Notes under the pieces: model-generated | Seen by the model: only the letters and a program-made list of their open reading frames with translations | What the model was told of the DNA's origin: nothing | Database searches by the model: none | Shown here: positions 37,700 through 51,250 of the stretch, in pieces | Layout of the letters: the number at the start of each line of letters is the position of its first letter | Numbering within the stretch: the stretch's first letter is position 1 | Translations under genes and position numbers: made by a program | Assembly: GCF_006345805.1 (NCBI RefSeq) | Contig: NC_043003.1 | Location: 26,288,001 to 26,352,000, forward strand | Length of the DNA stretch: 64,000 nt | From: Octopus sinensis | Lineage: Eukaryota | Direction: 5' to 3'

Positions 37700-38292
37700 T
37701 TAAACTCTCTACATTATCAATTCATTAGTTGCAGGTAGGAGCAGCAAGCCAAAGATTTCTAAAGTGTCCCTAAACCAGAATTGACAGGATTAATTAGGTG
37801 AGGTGAGTGATATGAATTTTTAAATATTCAATTTGAATTATTGCTTATTGGGGCCATCTCATTGACAGATACTCATATATCAATATTTATAAACTCCCTG
37901 CCACCACTAATAGTATTCCATTACACAATAGGAGTCTTTTGATCTGTAAATTTTTCCCAAGTTATCAAAGAACATATGTTACCAGCAACATCACACACAC
38001 ACACACAAAAACATAAATAAAATAAAAACCCATTGCCTTTCACCATCAGTTTTACATCTGTGTCTCTGTAGGCTAACTGAAGATATACTACAACATATAC
38101 GTAGATGGATAAATAACATTTGATTCCATGACCACGTAAAGTACAAAGGTTGTTAAAAATCATTAACATAACATCTGAATTAACATCTGTCTTTTCATGT
38201 TGTAATAGCTTAGTCAGGCTTGCATGATTGTATACATTTAGCAAGACATTAAAATCTCACATGTCTGAGCCAACAAGAGAGACCCTCTACAC

Positions 38293-38580
38293 CAGTGTTT
38301 TTCAATCACTTTATACCTATGGACTCTTTGATTCCCATTTTATTTAGATGGACCCTCATAGCCATTTGATATTTAAAGAATTGCTATTATATTTTTATAA
38401 TCAAATTTATTAGAAATTGAATAAAAAAACTGTTAAAATATTTTGTGTATTGTAGAAGTGTAACCAATTTATTGAAGGATAAATTTTAACAAAGGCCATA
38501 TCGACTCCCAAGGGCTGTGTGAACTCCCAACGGCTGTGTGGACTCCCAACGGCCATATAGATCCCGGGTGAGAGCTACTG
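38293..38580. mobile_element. hAT-like MITE
   Basis: Ends cagtgtttttcaa and gtgagagctactg. Perfect 8-bp TSD ctctacac at 38285-38292 and 38581-38588. Internal 19-20 bp unit repeated three times near the right end. Confidence 0.9.
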
Positions 38581-39539
38581 CTCTACACAAATAGCTAATA
38601 TATTACTGGTAATTATTTTATTGACTTTGAAATGACGAAAAGGGCAAAGTTGAACCCAACATGATTTAAATTCTGGTAGTAAATGAATATACATGTAAAA
38701 AGTATTCGTGTGAGGGTGGTTGCAATGTAAAGAGCTCTGGTGGTGGTGCTACATAAAAAGCACCCAGTACACACTGTAAAGTGGTTGGCGTTAGGAAGGG
38801 CATCTGACTGTAGAAACCAAATCAAATAGACTATGGAACCTGGTGTGGCCCCTGACTTTGCCAGTTCTTGTCAAGCCATCCAAGCCAGCATGGAAAACAG
38901 ATTAAATGATGATTGATGATGTTCAGTACTCTTTCAAATTCTATCATCCACCTCTCTTTTAATAACAAAACCAATATAATTAACCTTAGTTGTATTCATA
39001 AAAACGAGGCCATGCACCTCAATTACAGGAAATTATGCTATTGTTGCTTATCCCTTGGTCATTTCCAGTCAAAGGCATTCCAACTGACATTTTGCCTTTT
39101 TAGAGATATCTTGGACAAGATGTTTTGTTTTTTTTAAGCTTGACTGATATTTCTGGCAGGGAGAGTGAAGGTTTGGAGAATCCCTCACTGCCTTTATCAT
39201 TATGATGGCAGATGAGATGGTGGTTAAGCAGAATCATTAGCATGTTGGACAAAATGCTTGAGGCATTTCTTCTGGTCCCTTACTTTCTCAGTCAAAATCC
39301 TACCAACATCTTGTAATAATTAACAGGACTTGATTTCAGAACATATAGACTATAAGTGAAGCTGTGAGGCATTTTGTCTGATGCTCTAACAATTCTGCCA
39401 ATCCATGACCCAAATATTTTCTAGTAATAGGTACAGGGCCACAGATCTGAGGGGAGGGGTTTGTAAAAATAATTGTTTTATTTGTCATAAAAGCAAATGA
39501 AAAGAAACTACAAAGATTAGATGAAATGTGGATAATAAT

Positions 39540-40936
39540 AATTCTAATTTAGACTGAAAGCCAGTATTTTTGAAGGAAGTGTCATCAGTCTATTACATTG
39601 ATCCTACTACTTGACTAATATTTTATTTTACCAACCCCAAAAAGATGAAAGAAAGACAAATCTGACCACTGCAGGATTTGAATTCAAAATGTACAGAACC
39701 AGAACAAATACTGGTTTCAAATTGTGGCATAAGACCAGCAAGTTTGGGGGAGGGATTAAGTTGATTACATCAATCCCAGTACTCAACTGGTACTTATTTT
39801 ATCAACTCTGAAAAAGAGGAAAGACAAAGTTGACCTCAGCAGATTTGAACTCTGAACGTAAGGATGGAGCAAATGCCACAAGGCATTTTGCTCAATTGAA
39901 TGATTTAGCTAATCCATCACTCTTGATAGTCAATAATAAGAATTCTTTCAAATTTTGGTACAAGGCCAGTAATTTTGAGAAGAGTGGGAAGTTGATTACT
40001 AACCAGTACTTGTCTGGTATTTTATCACTCCTGAAAGGATAAAAGGCAAAACTGTCCTCAGCTGAATTTGAACTCAGAATGTAAAGAGCCGGAAGAAATG
40101 CCATTAAGCATTTTGTCTGTCATACTTACAATTCTGCCAACTCACTACCTTAATAATAATAATAATAATAAATGCCCTGGTGCAGTACCAGGCAGGGCTC
40201 TCATGGTTTCTAAACTGATTGGAAGTGTTACCATGTACATGTTTTATTGTGATATAAAAGATGGGCTACAACAAATACTCTGCTCAATACCACAGATTTG
40301 CTTGTCAGTTGTTTGACCATAACCAGTTGAGCATATCCCTTAGTGGCTGGTGATATGTGCATCTCTGATCATGAGCAGAAGTGGTGGGGGAGCATCAAGA
40401 GTCATGTGTTGAGAGGAATTCTTTGGGGTTTGGATAATTCATCTTTGGAAACATGGGCGTTTCAGTCAACATCTTTAACCGATCCTTATTCAGGGACTTT
40501 TTGAGTGGGTTGTGCTACTCAATCTGAACAAAATTCTAACTGGGCCCCACCTGCAAGGTCATGTGCTGTTTATCTTGGTATGAGATGGGTAATCATGATT
40601 GTTACACTGGGCTTCGTGTATTTTAGCCCAGTGTCACTATTATGGCATTCATTGCTTTCTCACTCAATAATAATAATGATCCATTCTAATATAGGTAAAT
40701 GGCCTGAAATTTTGGAGAAGGGGGCTAGTCATTTATATCAACCCCAGTACTTAGCTGGTACTTATTTTATTGACCACAAAAATATAAAAGGCAAAGTTGA
40801 CTCCAGCAGAATTTGTACTCAAAACAAAGATGGATGAAATGCCGCTATGCATTTTGTCTGACATGCTAACAATTTTGCCAGCTCACAAATGATTTATTTG
40901 CCACCAGGGTGACAGATGAGGAGGAGGATATAAAGA

Positions 40937-40973
<37 letters not shown>

Positions 40974-41195
40974 TAATAATAATGTCTTCAAATTTTGGCA
41001 CAAGGCCAGCAGGTTTGAAGAAGGAGCCAAGTCGATTAAATTGACCCCATTTTTCAACTGGTACTTAATTTATCAACCCCAAAAGGATGAAAGGTAAAGT
41101 TGGCCCCAGTGGAATTTGAACTCAGAGTGTAAAGATGGATGAAATGCCTTTAAGCATTTCACCTGGCATGTTAATGACTCTGCCAGCTCACCACC
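39540..41195 (-). mobile_element. cluster of about five SINE family B copies plus a ~500-bp unclassified (ATT)n-tailed element (40150-40680)
   Basis: Family B units at about 39545, 39714, 39945, 40690 and 40985, same orientation, with (AAT)n spacers. Confidence 0.75.
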
Positions 41196-41470
41196 TAATA
41201 ATAAAGTGCTATAATTATTTTCCACACTAAAAATAAAAAAATATGGTGAAAATATTTGTGAATGGATTGAAAACAATTGAAATTCTAATATTGGCTGAAT
41301 TTACAGTAGGCTCTGAATAGATTCTCTAAAGGAGATAGTCGAAGGAATTGGACAACTGATTATAAAGTCAACAGTTCATACCATGAACACTCAGTAATGT
41401 AATTAATATATCAGCTTTTAATCAATATGCTTAGTTAATCAATCAATCAATGTTTCATTTCTCATATCAG

Positions 41471-41510
41471 ACAAATAAGATGATTTAGTCAATTGCTTGA
41501 AATTTTCCTG
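41471..41510 (+). other. candidate non-coding or poison exon (40 nt)
   Basis: Acceptor tgtttcatttctcatatcAG and donor CTG|GTAAGT. All three frames contain a stop. Confidence 0.3.
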
Positions 41511-42659
41511 GTAAGTGGTTTTCAAGTTAAGAGATTGGCTCTTGTGATTTCGAGAGGAAAGGGGAAGGATTGGTGTCTTGTTTTGTAGTGTCAGGAAGGA
41601 TTTAGATTTGACCACTGAATAAAGGCTTAAAACATAATTATACCATGCCTACACAGCCAAAGGAAATAAACTATACTGATACTTGACCTGCTAGAAATAG
41701 TAACTAAATCTCAAGTCACATGCTAGTATCTTAGGAAAGAAGGGTACATTGAATAATGTAGTCCTAGGTGCATTGGGATTACAAAAAATGTATGTTAGAT
41801 ATGACTAGAATGCATTCTCAATCAGGGATGACCTGGAATTTAACAACAACTAATGTTTTGTAACCATTTGTGCCTATCCATAACGGAGTAGATTGGCTGG
41901 GTATGTGGTTTGGAGATCTTAGCTAAAAGATACAAATTGTTGCCACACACCCAGTCTTTTGGCCTGCTAGCCAACCAATACATGCTACTGATTCCTAATT
42001 GGTAGCTTGTAAACCCAATGACTCCTAATCCAGTTGTAGGAACATCCTACATAACCGTAAATTCAGGATATTATATTGAATATTCCAATTTTTAAAGGAG
42101 AAATGCCACAAAAAACAAAAGAAACAAAGGGGGGGGGGAGAGAAACCTCAAATATTTTGTTTAACTCATGAGACATTCTAATTACCTTTAGAGTTTTGGG
42201 TTTCTATCACACTTCTACCCATGCATACACATGACATTGGAAACTTTGAAATTTCAAATAATTGACAACTCATAAATTATCTGCGAATCTTGTGAAAATG
42301 TGAATAAGCTATCATCACATCAAGTCACCACCCACACATGATCTCTCTATCAGACTGTCTATCCATCCTCTCTCTCCCTCTCAATATCATAGAAACATTA
42401 TCCAATCTAAGAAGCCAATTAACTTTAGATCCTATCTTCGTTAATGACAGACTAAACTGTCATAAATGTCTAATCAGCTTGCTGTAGATAATGCATAACA
42501 GTTAATAAAGTTTGGCATACACTGAGTTTCTCATCTCAGTATATCTGTGTGACTTTGTTAAGTGAGTGTATGGACATATATATCACACACATACCTGTAT
42601 GTTTATATAAACACACATTTCTCTATACCTGTATGTTTATATGTTTCATATATTCTTTT

Positions 42660-42856
42660 ATTCTTTTGTTTCAGTCATTTGACTGCGGCCATGCTGGAGC
42701 ACCGCCTTTAGTCAAACAAATTGACCCCAGGACTTATTCTTTGTAAGCCTAGTACTTATTCTATTGTCTCTCTTGCCAAACTGTTAAGTTACAGGGACAT
42801 AAACACACCAACATCGGTTGTCAAGCAATAGTGAGGGGATAAGCAGAAACACACAA

Positions 42857-42887
<31 letters not shown>

Positions 42888-43010
42888 TATATATACATAC
42901 ACATATGATGGGTTTCTTTCAGTTTCAGTCTACCAAATCCATTCACAAGGCTTTGGTTGGCCCAAGGCTATAATAGAAGACACTTGCTCAAGGTGCCACA
43001 CAGTGAGACT
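42660..43010 (-). mobile_element. SINE family A
   Basis: Similar to 24757-25186. Confidence 0.85.
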
Positions 43011-43334
43011 ATGGTCGTATATTTATCTATAATCTATGTGTGTGTGCAGGCATGGATGCTTCCCAAACACAGTTTCAAGCTCAGACTTAGTGTGACAATG
43101 TGGGTAAATGTCTTCTATAGCTTTGAACCTATCAAAACCTTGTGAGTGAATTTCACAGATTGAAATGAAAGAAGACTAATGTACATGTGTGTGAGTGTGT
43201 ACCTGTATGTATATGTATTATATATGCTTGCTTGTGTGTGTGTTTGTATGTATGTGTTACTGTCTCCCTGCCTGACATCATATGATAGAGTTATTTACAA
43301 GATCAGTATCTTAATATAGTTAATGCTAAATAAG

Positions 43335-43545
43335 GCGTCGAGCTGGCAGGAACATTAGCACGTCAGGTGAAATGCTTAGCTGTATTTCGTTTGTCTCTAT
43401 GTTCTGAGTTCAAGTGCTGCTGCGGCCGACTTTGCCTTTCATCCTTTTGGGGTCGATAAATTAAGTACCAGTTGCATACGGGGGTCGATCCAATCGACTG
43501 GACCCCTCCCAAAAATTTCAGGCCTTGTGCCTAGAGTAGAAAAGA
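43335..43545 (+). mobile_element. SINE family B, relatively young
   Basis: ggcgtcgagctggcagg...ctgagttcaag...ggggtcgataaattaagtaccag...ccttgtgcc, with CpGs retained. Confidence 0.85.
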
Positions 43546-43974
43546 ATATAGTTAATGCTAAATTTGAATTGTTGCAGGTGAGTGGTTGAAGAAAAAAATA
43601 CTATAGGGATTCATTTTGCAGATGAAGGATTGGATGAGGAAAACAATATGTGCAGTATAGGATCTTGAGCAATGGACCGAAACTGCATAGATTTCAGTAG
43701 AAATATGAAATGGTAAGGTCATTGAAGCTGAAGTTAAAAAATGGGCCAGGACCTGGGGTGGTGGTGGGGAATTAAAAAGATCAGTTTCACTTGAGAGAAG
43801 TGGGGAAGAGGTGGGGGTTGTAAAGGGGTGAAGGTTGGGGTTGGTGGTAAAGGGGGAGAGCTGGGAGTGGCAAGGGGGAGGATGGAAAAGGGGCAGAGGT
43901 GGGGGTGGTGGCAAATGGGCAGAGACCAGGAAAGTGGCAAACAGGCAGAGGGAATAATTGACAAAGAATGGAGA

Positions 43975-44140
43975 GAGAGAGAGAGAGAGAGTGAGAGAGA
44001 GAGAGTGAGAGAGAGTGAGAGAAGAGAGAGAGAGTGAGAGAAAGAGAGAGAGAGTGAGAAAGAGAGAGAGTGAGAAAGAGAGAGAGTGAGAAAGAGAGAG
44101 AGTGAGAAAGAGAGAGAGTGAGAAAGAGAGAGAGAAATAG
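43975..44140. repeat. GA microsatellite with a 16-bp GAGAAAGAGAGAGAGT repeat
   Basis: Direct inspection. Confidence 0.9.
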
Positions 44141-44560
44141 AAAGTGAGAAAATGTTAGATAGAGATTGATAAATTGCAGAAATATCTAGCCATCTAAAAA
44201 TAACAGATCATTGTTAAAAAAATAAAAACAACTTTTGAGAAAAATACTGGAATCAAAGAGTATTTAAAAGAATAACAGAAATAAAAATGGAAGTTTTATG
44301 TTGAAAAATTGTAGCATATAGGACGAAAAAGAAATTATTTCAATTCCTGAACCATCTTCCATAATTGTATATCACAGTTTTCTCTCTCTTGGCATTTATC
44401 TAGTTATGCACCAATTCTTATTCAATTTATATTAAGAGAATAAAGAAAAGAACACAAACTAGTGGAGCTTTGTTGTAATAGTAGTAGAAGTTCAGCTCAG
44501 AGTAATAATTATAAATAAGAAAATAATATTAACAGTAATGTTATATATTAAACTTGACAG

Positions 44561-44624
44561 CTGAACAAGTAGTTCATACATTTTGTAGCATAGTTGGCCA
44601 CATTGAAATAAAACAACTTTTAAG
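44561..44624 (+). CDS. candidate coding exon (64 nt, phase 1 to 2)
   Basis: Acceptor tattaaacttgacAG and donor AAG|GTATTT. Only one frame is open: xEQVVHTFCSIVGHIEIKQLL. Confidence 0.25.
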
Positions 44625-44754
44625 GTATTTTTGTATATTTACTTTGATTTGTATAATAGTAATAATGGATAATTCTTTCTACTATAGGCACAAAACCTGG
44701 AATTTTGGCTGGATGGGCCTAGTCAATTACATCATCCCAAATATGTTGCTCACT

Positions 44755-44940
44755 CTTGTTTCAGTCATTTGACTGCGGCTATGCTGGAGCACCACCTTTC
44801 AGGCGAAGAAATCAACCCCAGGACTTACTTATTTTATTGGTTTCTTTTGCCAAACTACTAAGTTATGGGGATATAAACAGACCAACATTGGTTGTCAAGT
44901 GATGGTTGGGGAACAAACACAGACACAAAGACATACAAAT

Positions 44941-44991
<51 letters not shown>

Positions 44992-45059
44992 AAATATGAA
45001 TTACAGATAAAACCACTATTATGCAACTCAAATAGTTTGGAGTTATACTCCCTAATATT

Positions 45060-45091
<32 letters not shown>

Positions 45092-45350
45092 TTATATATA
45101 TATATGTAAAATATGAATTACAGATAAAACCACTATTATGCAACTCAAATAGTTTGGAGTTATACTCCCTAATATTATTATTATTATTATTATATATAAT
45201 ATATATATATATATATATATGAAAGGCTTCTTTCAGTTTGCATCTACCAAATCTACTCAAGGCTTTGGTCAGCCCAAGGTGCCACGCAGTGGAACTAAAC
45301 CTGGAACCATGTGGTTGGGAAGCAAGCTTCTTACCGCACAGCCACTCCTG
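44755..45350 (-). mobile_element. SINE family A carrying a tandemly duplicated insert in its microsatellite
   Basis: Both halves of family A flank 44989-45220. Confidence 0.8.
44989..45220. repeat. tandem duplication, period 117 bp
   Basis: gtaaaatatgaattacagataaaaccactattatgcaactcaaatagtttggagttatactccctaatatt... is identical at 44989 and 45106. Confidence 0.95.
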
Positions 45351-45359
45351 CTTGTACAT

Positions 45360-46020
45360 TTTTTTTCCATTGACCCTAAAAGGATGAAAGGCAAAGTTGG
45401 GTTTGGTGGCATTTGAACTCATACATGAAGGAGCTGGAAGAAATACTCAAACATTTCCTCAGATGTACTAACAATTTCCCCAGTTCACCACCTTAATAAT
45501 GGTTTCAAATTTTGGCACAAGGCCAGCAGTTTTGGAGAAGTTAAGCTGTTTACATCGGCCCCAGTTCTTGACTAGTAATTATTTTATTGATCCTGAAATG
45601 ATGAAAGGCAAAGTTGACTTCAGTGGAATTTGAACTCAGAACATGAAGATAGATGAAATACTGCTAAGCATTTCACCTGGCATGCTAACAATTCTGCCAG
45701 CTTGCTGCCATCACCTTAATAATAATAATAATTATTATAATAATTCTTTCTAATTTTGGGTATAATGCCAGCAAATTTTAGAGGGAAGGAGTTAGTTGAT
45801 TATATTGACTTCAGTACTTGGTTGCTATTTTATTATATTGATGAACCCTGAAGGGATGAAAGGCTACGTTGACTTTGATGGTATTTGCACTCAGAACAAA
45901 AAGACAGGCAAAATATTGCTAAGCATTTTGTCGGGTATGCTAATGATTTTGCCACAGTTTGCAGTTTTAATAATTCTTTTTACTATAGGCACAAGGCTTG
46001 AAATTTTAGGGAAGGGTGTT
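45360..46020 (-). mobile_element. head-to-tail array of SINE family B copies (three plus a partial)
   Basis: Units at about 45360, 45500, 45745 and 45975. Confidence 0.8.
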
Positions 46021-46300
46021 ACAGGCTAACATACACTACCCTCATCAACCCAATTTTAGTCACAAAGCTTGGGTTTATCTGAGGCTACAGTAAAAGATAC
46101 TTACCCAAGTATCCCAACACAGTTTGATTCCAATACAGTGGAATCAAACCTAAGACAATGATTGTGAAGTAAACTTCATAACTATTTGGCCATGCTTTCA
46201 GTATATAAAGATATAAACGACAGAAAAATAGTTTGATAAAAATTTTATTCAACAGTAAGAAAATTCAAATATTTTGAAAGATTTTTCTGCATTAGTGCAG

Positions 46301-46435
46301 ACATATAATTCTTTTATCATTAAATATAATAATATATTATTATTATAAAAAGAGAGTCAAAACTATTGAAAAGGTTGCAAGACGCAACGAAAATTTTAGG
46401 ACAATAAAAATAAGAAAAAAGTGGAAATTTTACCA
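46301..46435 (+). CDS. weak candidate exon (135 nt, phase 2 to 2)
   Basis: Acceptor tttttctgcattagtgcAG and donor CCA|GTGAGT. Frame HIILLSLNIIIYYYYKKRVKTIEKVARRNENFRTIKIRKKWKFY is partly (TAT)n low-complexity. Confidence 0.2.
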
Positions 46436-46726
46436 GTGAGTGTGTTACATAATAAGGCATAAAAAGAAAATGACTCTCCCCAGACGCAACAGAATAATAA
46501 TATAAATTATTTAGATGTTTTCAAGTAACAAAACAATCTGTTATATTTGAATTTTCTTATTGTTAACTACAATTTCAAACTATTTCTGTCATTTATGACT
46601 ATACACACCTTATTGTTTTCTCTAATATTGTACTATATCTATTCTAAATGTTTTATAGAATGACACATTAAGGAGTTATTTTTACAAGTACTACCGGACT
46701 ACTTGAATCCATTTATTGTAACTTAA

Positions 46727-46787
<61 letters not shown>

Positions 46788-46791
<4 letters not shown>

Positions 46792-47020
46792 TCTTTTACT
46801 TGTTTCAGTCATTTGACTGTGGCCATGCTGGAGCACCACCTTTAGTTGAGCAAATCGACCCCAGGACTTATTCTTTGTAAGCCTAGTACTTATTCTATCG
46901 GTTTCTTTTGCCGAACAGCTAAGTTACGGGGACGTACACACACCAGCATTGGTTGTCAAGTGATGTTAGGGGGACAAACATAGGCACACGTATATACACA
47001 CACATACATGCATATATATA

Positions 47021-47058
<38 letters not shown>

Positions 47059-47212
47059 CAGGCTTCTTTCCGTTTCTGTCTACCAAATCCACTCATAAAG
47101 CTTTGGTTGGCCCGAGGCTACAGTAGAAGACACTTGCCCAAGGTGCCAGGCAGTGGGACTGAACCCGGAACCATGTGGTTTGTAAGCAAGCTACTTACCA
47201 CACAGCCACTCT
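46788..47212 (-). mobile_element. SINE family A, full length, young
   Basis: Highly similar to 24757-25186. Confidence 0.9.
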
Positions 47213-47234
47213 TACTTTTATATATATATATTTC

Positions 47235-47630
47235 ATCTTTTACTTATTTCAGTTGTTAGACTGTGGCCATGCTGGGGTACTGCCATGAAAGGCCTTTGTC
47301 AAATCAATTCAAGTATTTATCTTTTTTCTAAAGTCTGGTACTTATTCTATTGATCTCTTATGCCAGACTACCAAGTTAAACAAACCAACACTGGAATGTA
47401 AACAAACCAACACTGGTTGTCGAGTGGTGGTGGGTTGACAAACAACACAAAGGAACACATAGGTAAATTATGTGATGGGATTCTACAATTACCCCTCTAC
47501 TAAATTCTCTCACATGGCATTGATCAGCCTGGGGCTATAGTAGAGGATACTTGCTTCAAGTGCTGTGCAATGGGACTAAACCCCAAATCCTGTGGTTGCA
47601 AAGTGAGGTTCTCAACCATGTAGCTATGCC
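47235..47630 (-). mobile_element. SINE family A, older copy
   Basis: Degenerate full-length match. Confidence 0.75.
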
Positions 47631-47636
47631 TCTGCT

Positions 47637-47673
<37 letters not shown>

Positions 47674-48024
47674 CACATACAAACATTTCTTCCTGCATGC
47701 ACACCAAATCACATGCAAACAGAACACAATTTTACATGCACACACATACACACAAAGAGAGAGAGAGAAAAAGAGGGCAGGCGGGAAAGTGAAAGTGTGC
47801 ATGCATGCGTGCATATACATGGGTTTGTGCATATCTGAAAGAATAACTTCAGACATTCAAATCTAGCCAATAACTTTTTATTTCCTCTATGTCAAGGCGA
47901 CATTTCCCAGCCCATATATCCTGGTTTGAGGTTAACGGTGATGGTTGGGGGTGAGGCTGTTATGGAATCACAAATGGTGGAAAGTTAGAACAAGAGGTTG
48001 GAATTGTCTCTTGCTGTTCTGTCT

Positions 48025-48063
<39 letters not shown>

Positions 48064-50929
48064 TATGTATGTACATGTGTAAGTTATATGCACATGTTCT
48101 CTCTCATACACATACAAAGTATAAGCTCTATCACTCTCATATATACCTCTAAAGACATATACTCACACACATACACACACACACACACACACACAATAAC
48201 TCCATGTGTCTGAATGTATATTTCTAGTGCATGCACACATATGGAATAAGCGGAACGCTATTCTTTGATACTGTCTAATATAATGTTATGTTTTACCATT
48301 TCATGCTTGCATGGATTGGACATGGCTACTCAAGTGCCCGATCTACCAGGCAGAACAGTCACCATATCAATTGTATGGCCATCCCCCACTATTTTCTGGT
48401 TGACTACCTCTTCCTAACACACTGTGTAGTGTACATATGTAGAATAGTTAAACAGCATGGGTGAGCATCAATACAAAGAGAGAGAGAGAGAGAACCATGA
48501 AAAAGAAACAAGTATAGCAACTATGCATGTATATACATGTGCATGTGAATATATATTTATGTGTCTACATATACATGCATATATTAGGGTATGTACATAT
48601 GCAAGCATGCATGTATGAGCCTGAGCAAATACATACTTTTACAATTGAACTGACAATAAGCAACAATATCTCCATGAAGGCCAAATCGAAAAGATTTACT
48701 ACTAGATATGATTTATTTTTCAAGCAGAGATATTATTCTTTGGTGTGGTTATTTAGTGCCAGGCCACTCCTAGTCCAGAAGGCTTAGGATCAAAAACATT
48801 CATACTCTGACCACTTTTTTTTCACAAAAAAAAAATGTTTTTAGGGCTACTTTATCCAATACATTCTTTGTTTCGTATGATAGGGTGAAATTTTAGGAAC
48901 ATTTGGTTCTATTTCTAGTTAATAATGCAGCCATGTAGAAACTTTCTTATAGGAGTTGGCGTTTTGTCTGAGGTCAGTCTTGAGATTGAACAGAACAATG
49001 ATCAAAGATCTCCTAGTTGTGACCATCAGGTTCTTATCTAATACAGTGTGTCAAAAACTACATTATTCAATGTCCTTTCCCTTTTACAATGATAGGGTGC
49101 GATTCAAGAGATTTGGCTACTATTTCTAGCAAGCTCAAAGCCCCCCTCCCACATAAAAGCAAGCCTCATTGGCTTCAAAGGGTTTATTTTAGTGAAAAGA
49201 GAAGTGGATACAGTTGATTTACTGTTAGTAAATTATAAGTGTTCATAATATACTCCCTAGTAGGATTTGATCTCAGGAAATAGATGCAGGAATGGCTGTG
49301 TGGGTAAAAAGTTCAATTTGCAAGCACATACCATTAGGTTTAGTTCTTCTATCTTGGGTGTTTCAACCATAGCCATGGGCTAGCCAATACCATGCAAAGG
49401 AATTTGACAGATGGAAACTGAAAGAAACCCAGTGTGTGCATGTGTGTGTGACAATGTTTATATTCCATGCTTGTCATTATTTGAGCAAAGCAGTGCCCAT
49501 ATAAACAATCCATGCTGATGTTATAACCAGTTGCTCTGAACTTTTGAAAACCTGTGACATAAATAAATCCTGTACTTAAAAAACACAGACAAGGAAAGGC
49601 ATCTGGCTATAAAACCCTGAAATAACTCTCCATCTAAACCACAGAAAACTTTTTAGTGCAGCAGGCAAAAGTTTCCAAAGAAAAAGGTCAGCAGGCAGAT
49701 CTCAAGTTCTTTCTCTTATATCTGTAAATCTTGTATATATCTATGTATAATTCGAGATACATTAATAAAGATAAGTTTAAAACCTTAAATTAATGTGTAA
49801 CATTTTCATTAATGCTGCCACTGAATTTAGGATGTTTATATTACTTATGAGGTAGTCTATAATTTTCAGCTAGAATGTAGTTGGGTCTCAAGGGGGAGGT
49901 ACAAACCTAGCAATATGTGTTTTATAGTGAAAACAAAATTTCCATTCAAGTGGAAATTACTGGACGATTTTCTGTCTGAGTCTAACCATTTTAAGTTGGA
50001 GTGGAAACATGACCTATTGTCGCAAATAGGCATATGAATATTGTATAAATTTTATAATTGAAAAATTTACTATATTTTGTACATACAAGTATACCAGCCT
50101 GCGGGTGTAATAAAATGGGCTCGCAAGAACGATTGCACCTGATCTAAACCCATGTGGGCATGGAAAAACAGTTATTAAACAAATGACCAGCTGGATTAGA
50201 CAAGGTACCTTAAAGACAACTCTCAACCAGAGTGGCAGTCTTTATTGGCCCAATAAAAGACACTCCAGCTGCTCCAAGTGGCAACCCAGCTGTCTACTGA
50301 ACACATGTTGTATAATGTAATCCAAGATACGCAAAGCCCCAGAAAAGGGACAGGATAATCACAATTCCAGTACTTTTGATTCAGTCAAAGCTGACTCTGG
50401 ACTAAAACAAACAACAATATGAACAACAATACAATGTCAATGTGAGTAATTCAAAATTCAGATATTAAATAAAAACAAATGTATATGATATTAAAAGGAG
50501 AGACCCTAAAAATATGGGAGATTAGCAAATTCCAAAGGTTACTGATTTAGGGATTATTTTACAAAAAGATATAACAAAAGGACAAATAAACAGATTAATA
50601 TTAAGACTATAAAAAGCAAGTGAATGTAGCCTTAGGGATTGGATTAAGACTGAATTAGGTAAAACCGTCAGAGTTCAAACTTGCTGTTATTAAAAGACTA
50701 CAAATTGCACTAAAAGAAAACACAATCCTTTTAAAAGCTGGCAAATAGAACAATATTTTCTTTTTTTTAACTCTCTCAGATCCGAGTCCCTTTGTCTAAC
50801 TTTACCCTCCACCTGGGCTCTTGAGCAAAAAAATAATAGTTGCATATGTAGCTCAAGAGTAATGATTGCAGGCAAACTAATGGACAGAATTGGCTGCATC
50901 TTCTTTTTCTACACAAAGGGTCTACAAAC

Positions 50930-51250
50930 ATTGGGACTCACAGAGGGTATGAGAGGGGACTGAGACCCCTGGTGGTTTGCTGTGCTTGAAAAGACACCAA
51001 GCTAAGTGTGGTTGCCCTTACATATGGGCTTGTGCTTTGCAACTCTCTCCAGTTGAGTATCCCTAATCTTGCAGGCTCGTAAGTGTTGGTGCCACATAAA
51101 AAGTACTCACTACACTCTGTAAAGTGGTTGGTGTTAGAAAGAGCATCCAGCCATAGAAACCATGCCAAAACAGACATGGAACCTGAACAGCCCTTCAGCT
51201 GGTCAGCTCCTATCAAACCATCCAACCCATGCCAGCATGGAGAACAAACA
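50930..51250 (-). mobile_element. RTE-3'-related interspersed repeat (family E)
   Basis: Shares the cactctgtaaagtggttggtgttagaaagagcatccagcc...ccatccaacccatgccagcatgga motif with 38700-38920 and, inverted, with 34580-34900. Confidence 0.6.

Noticed and set aside
43558-43964. Proline-rich minus-strand ORFs
   Set aside because: Translation of the G-rich tract; at most a faint resemblance to a Penelope 3' end, too weak to call.
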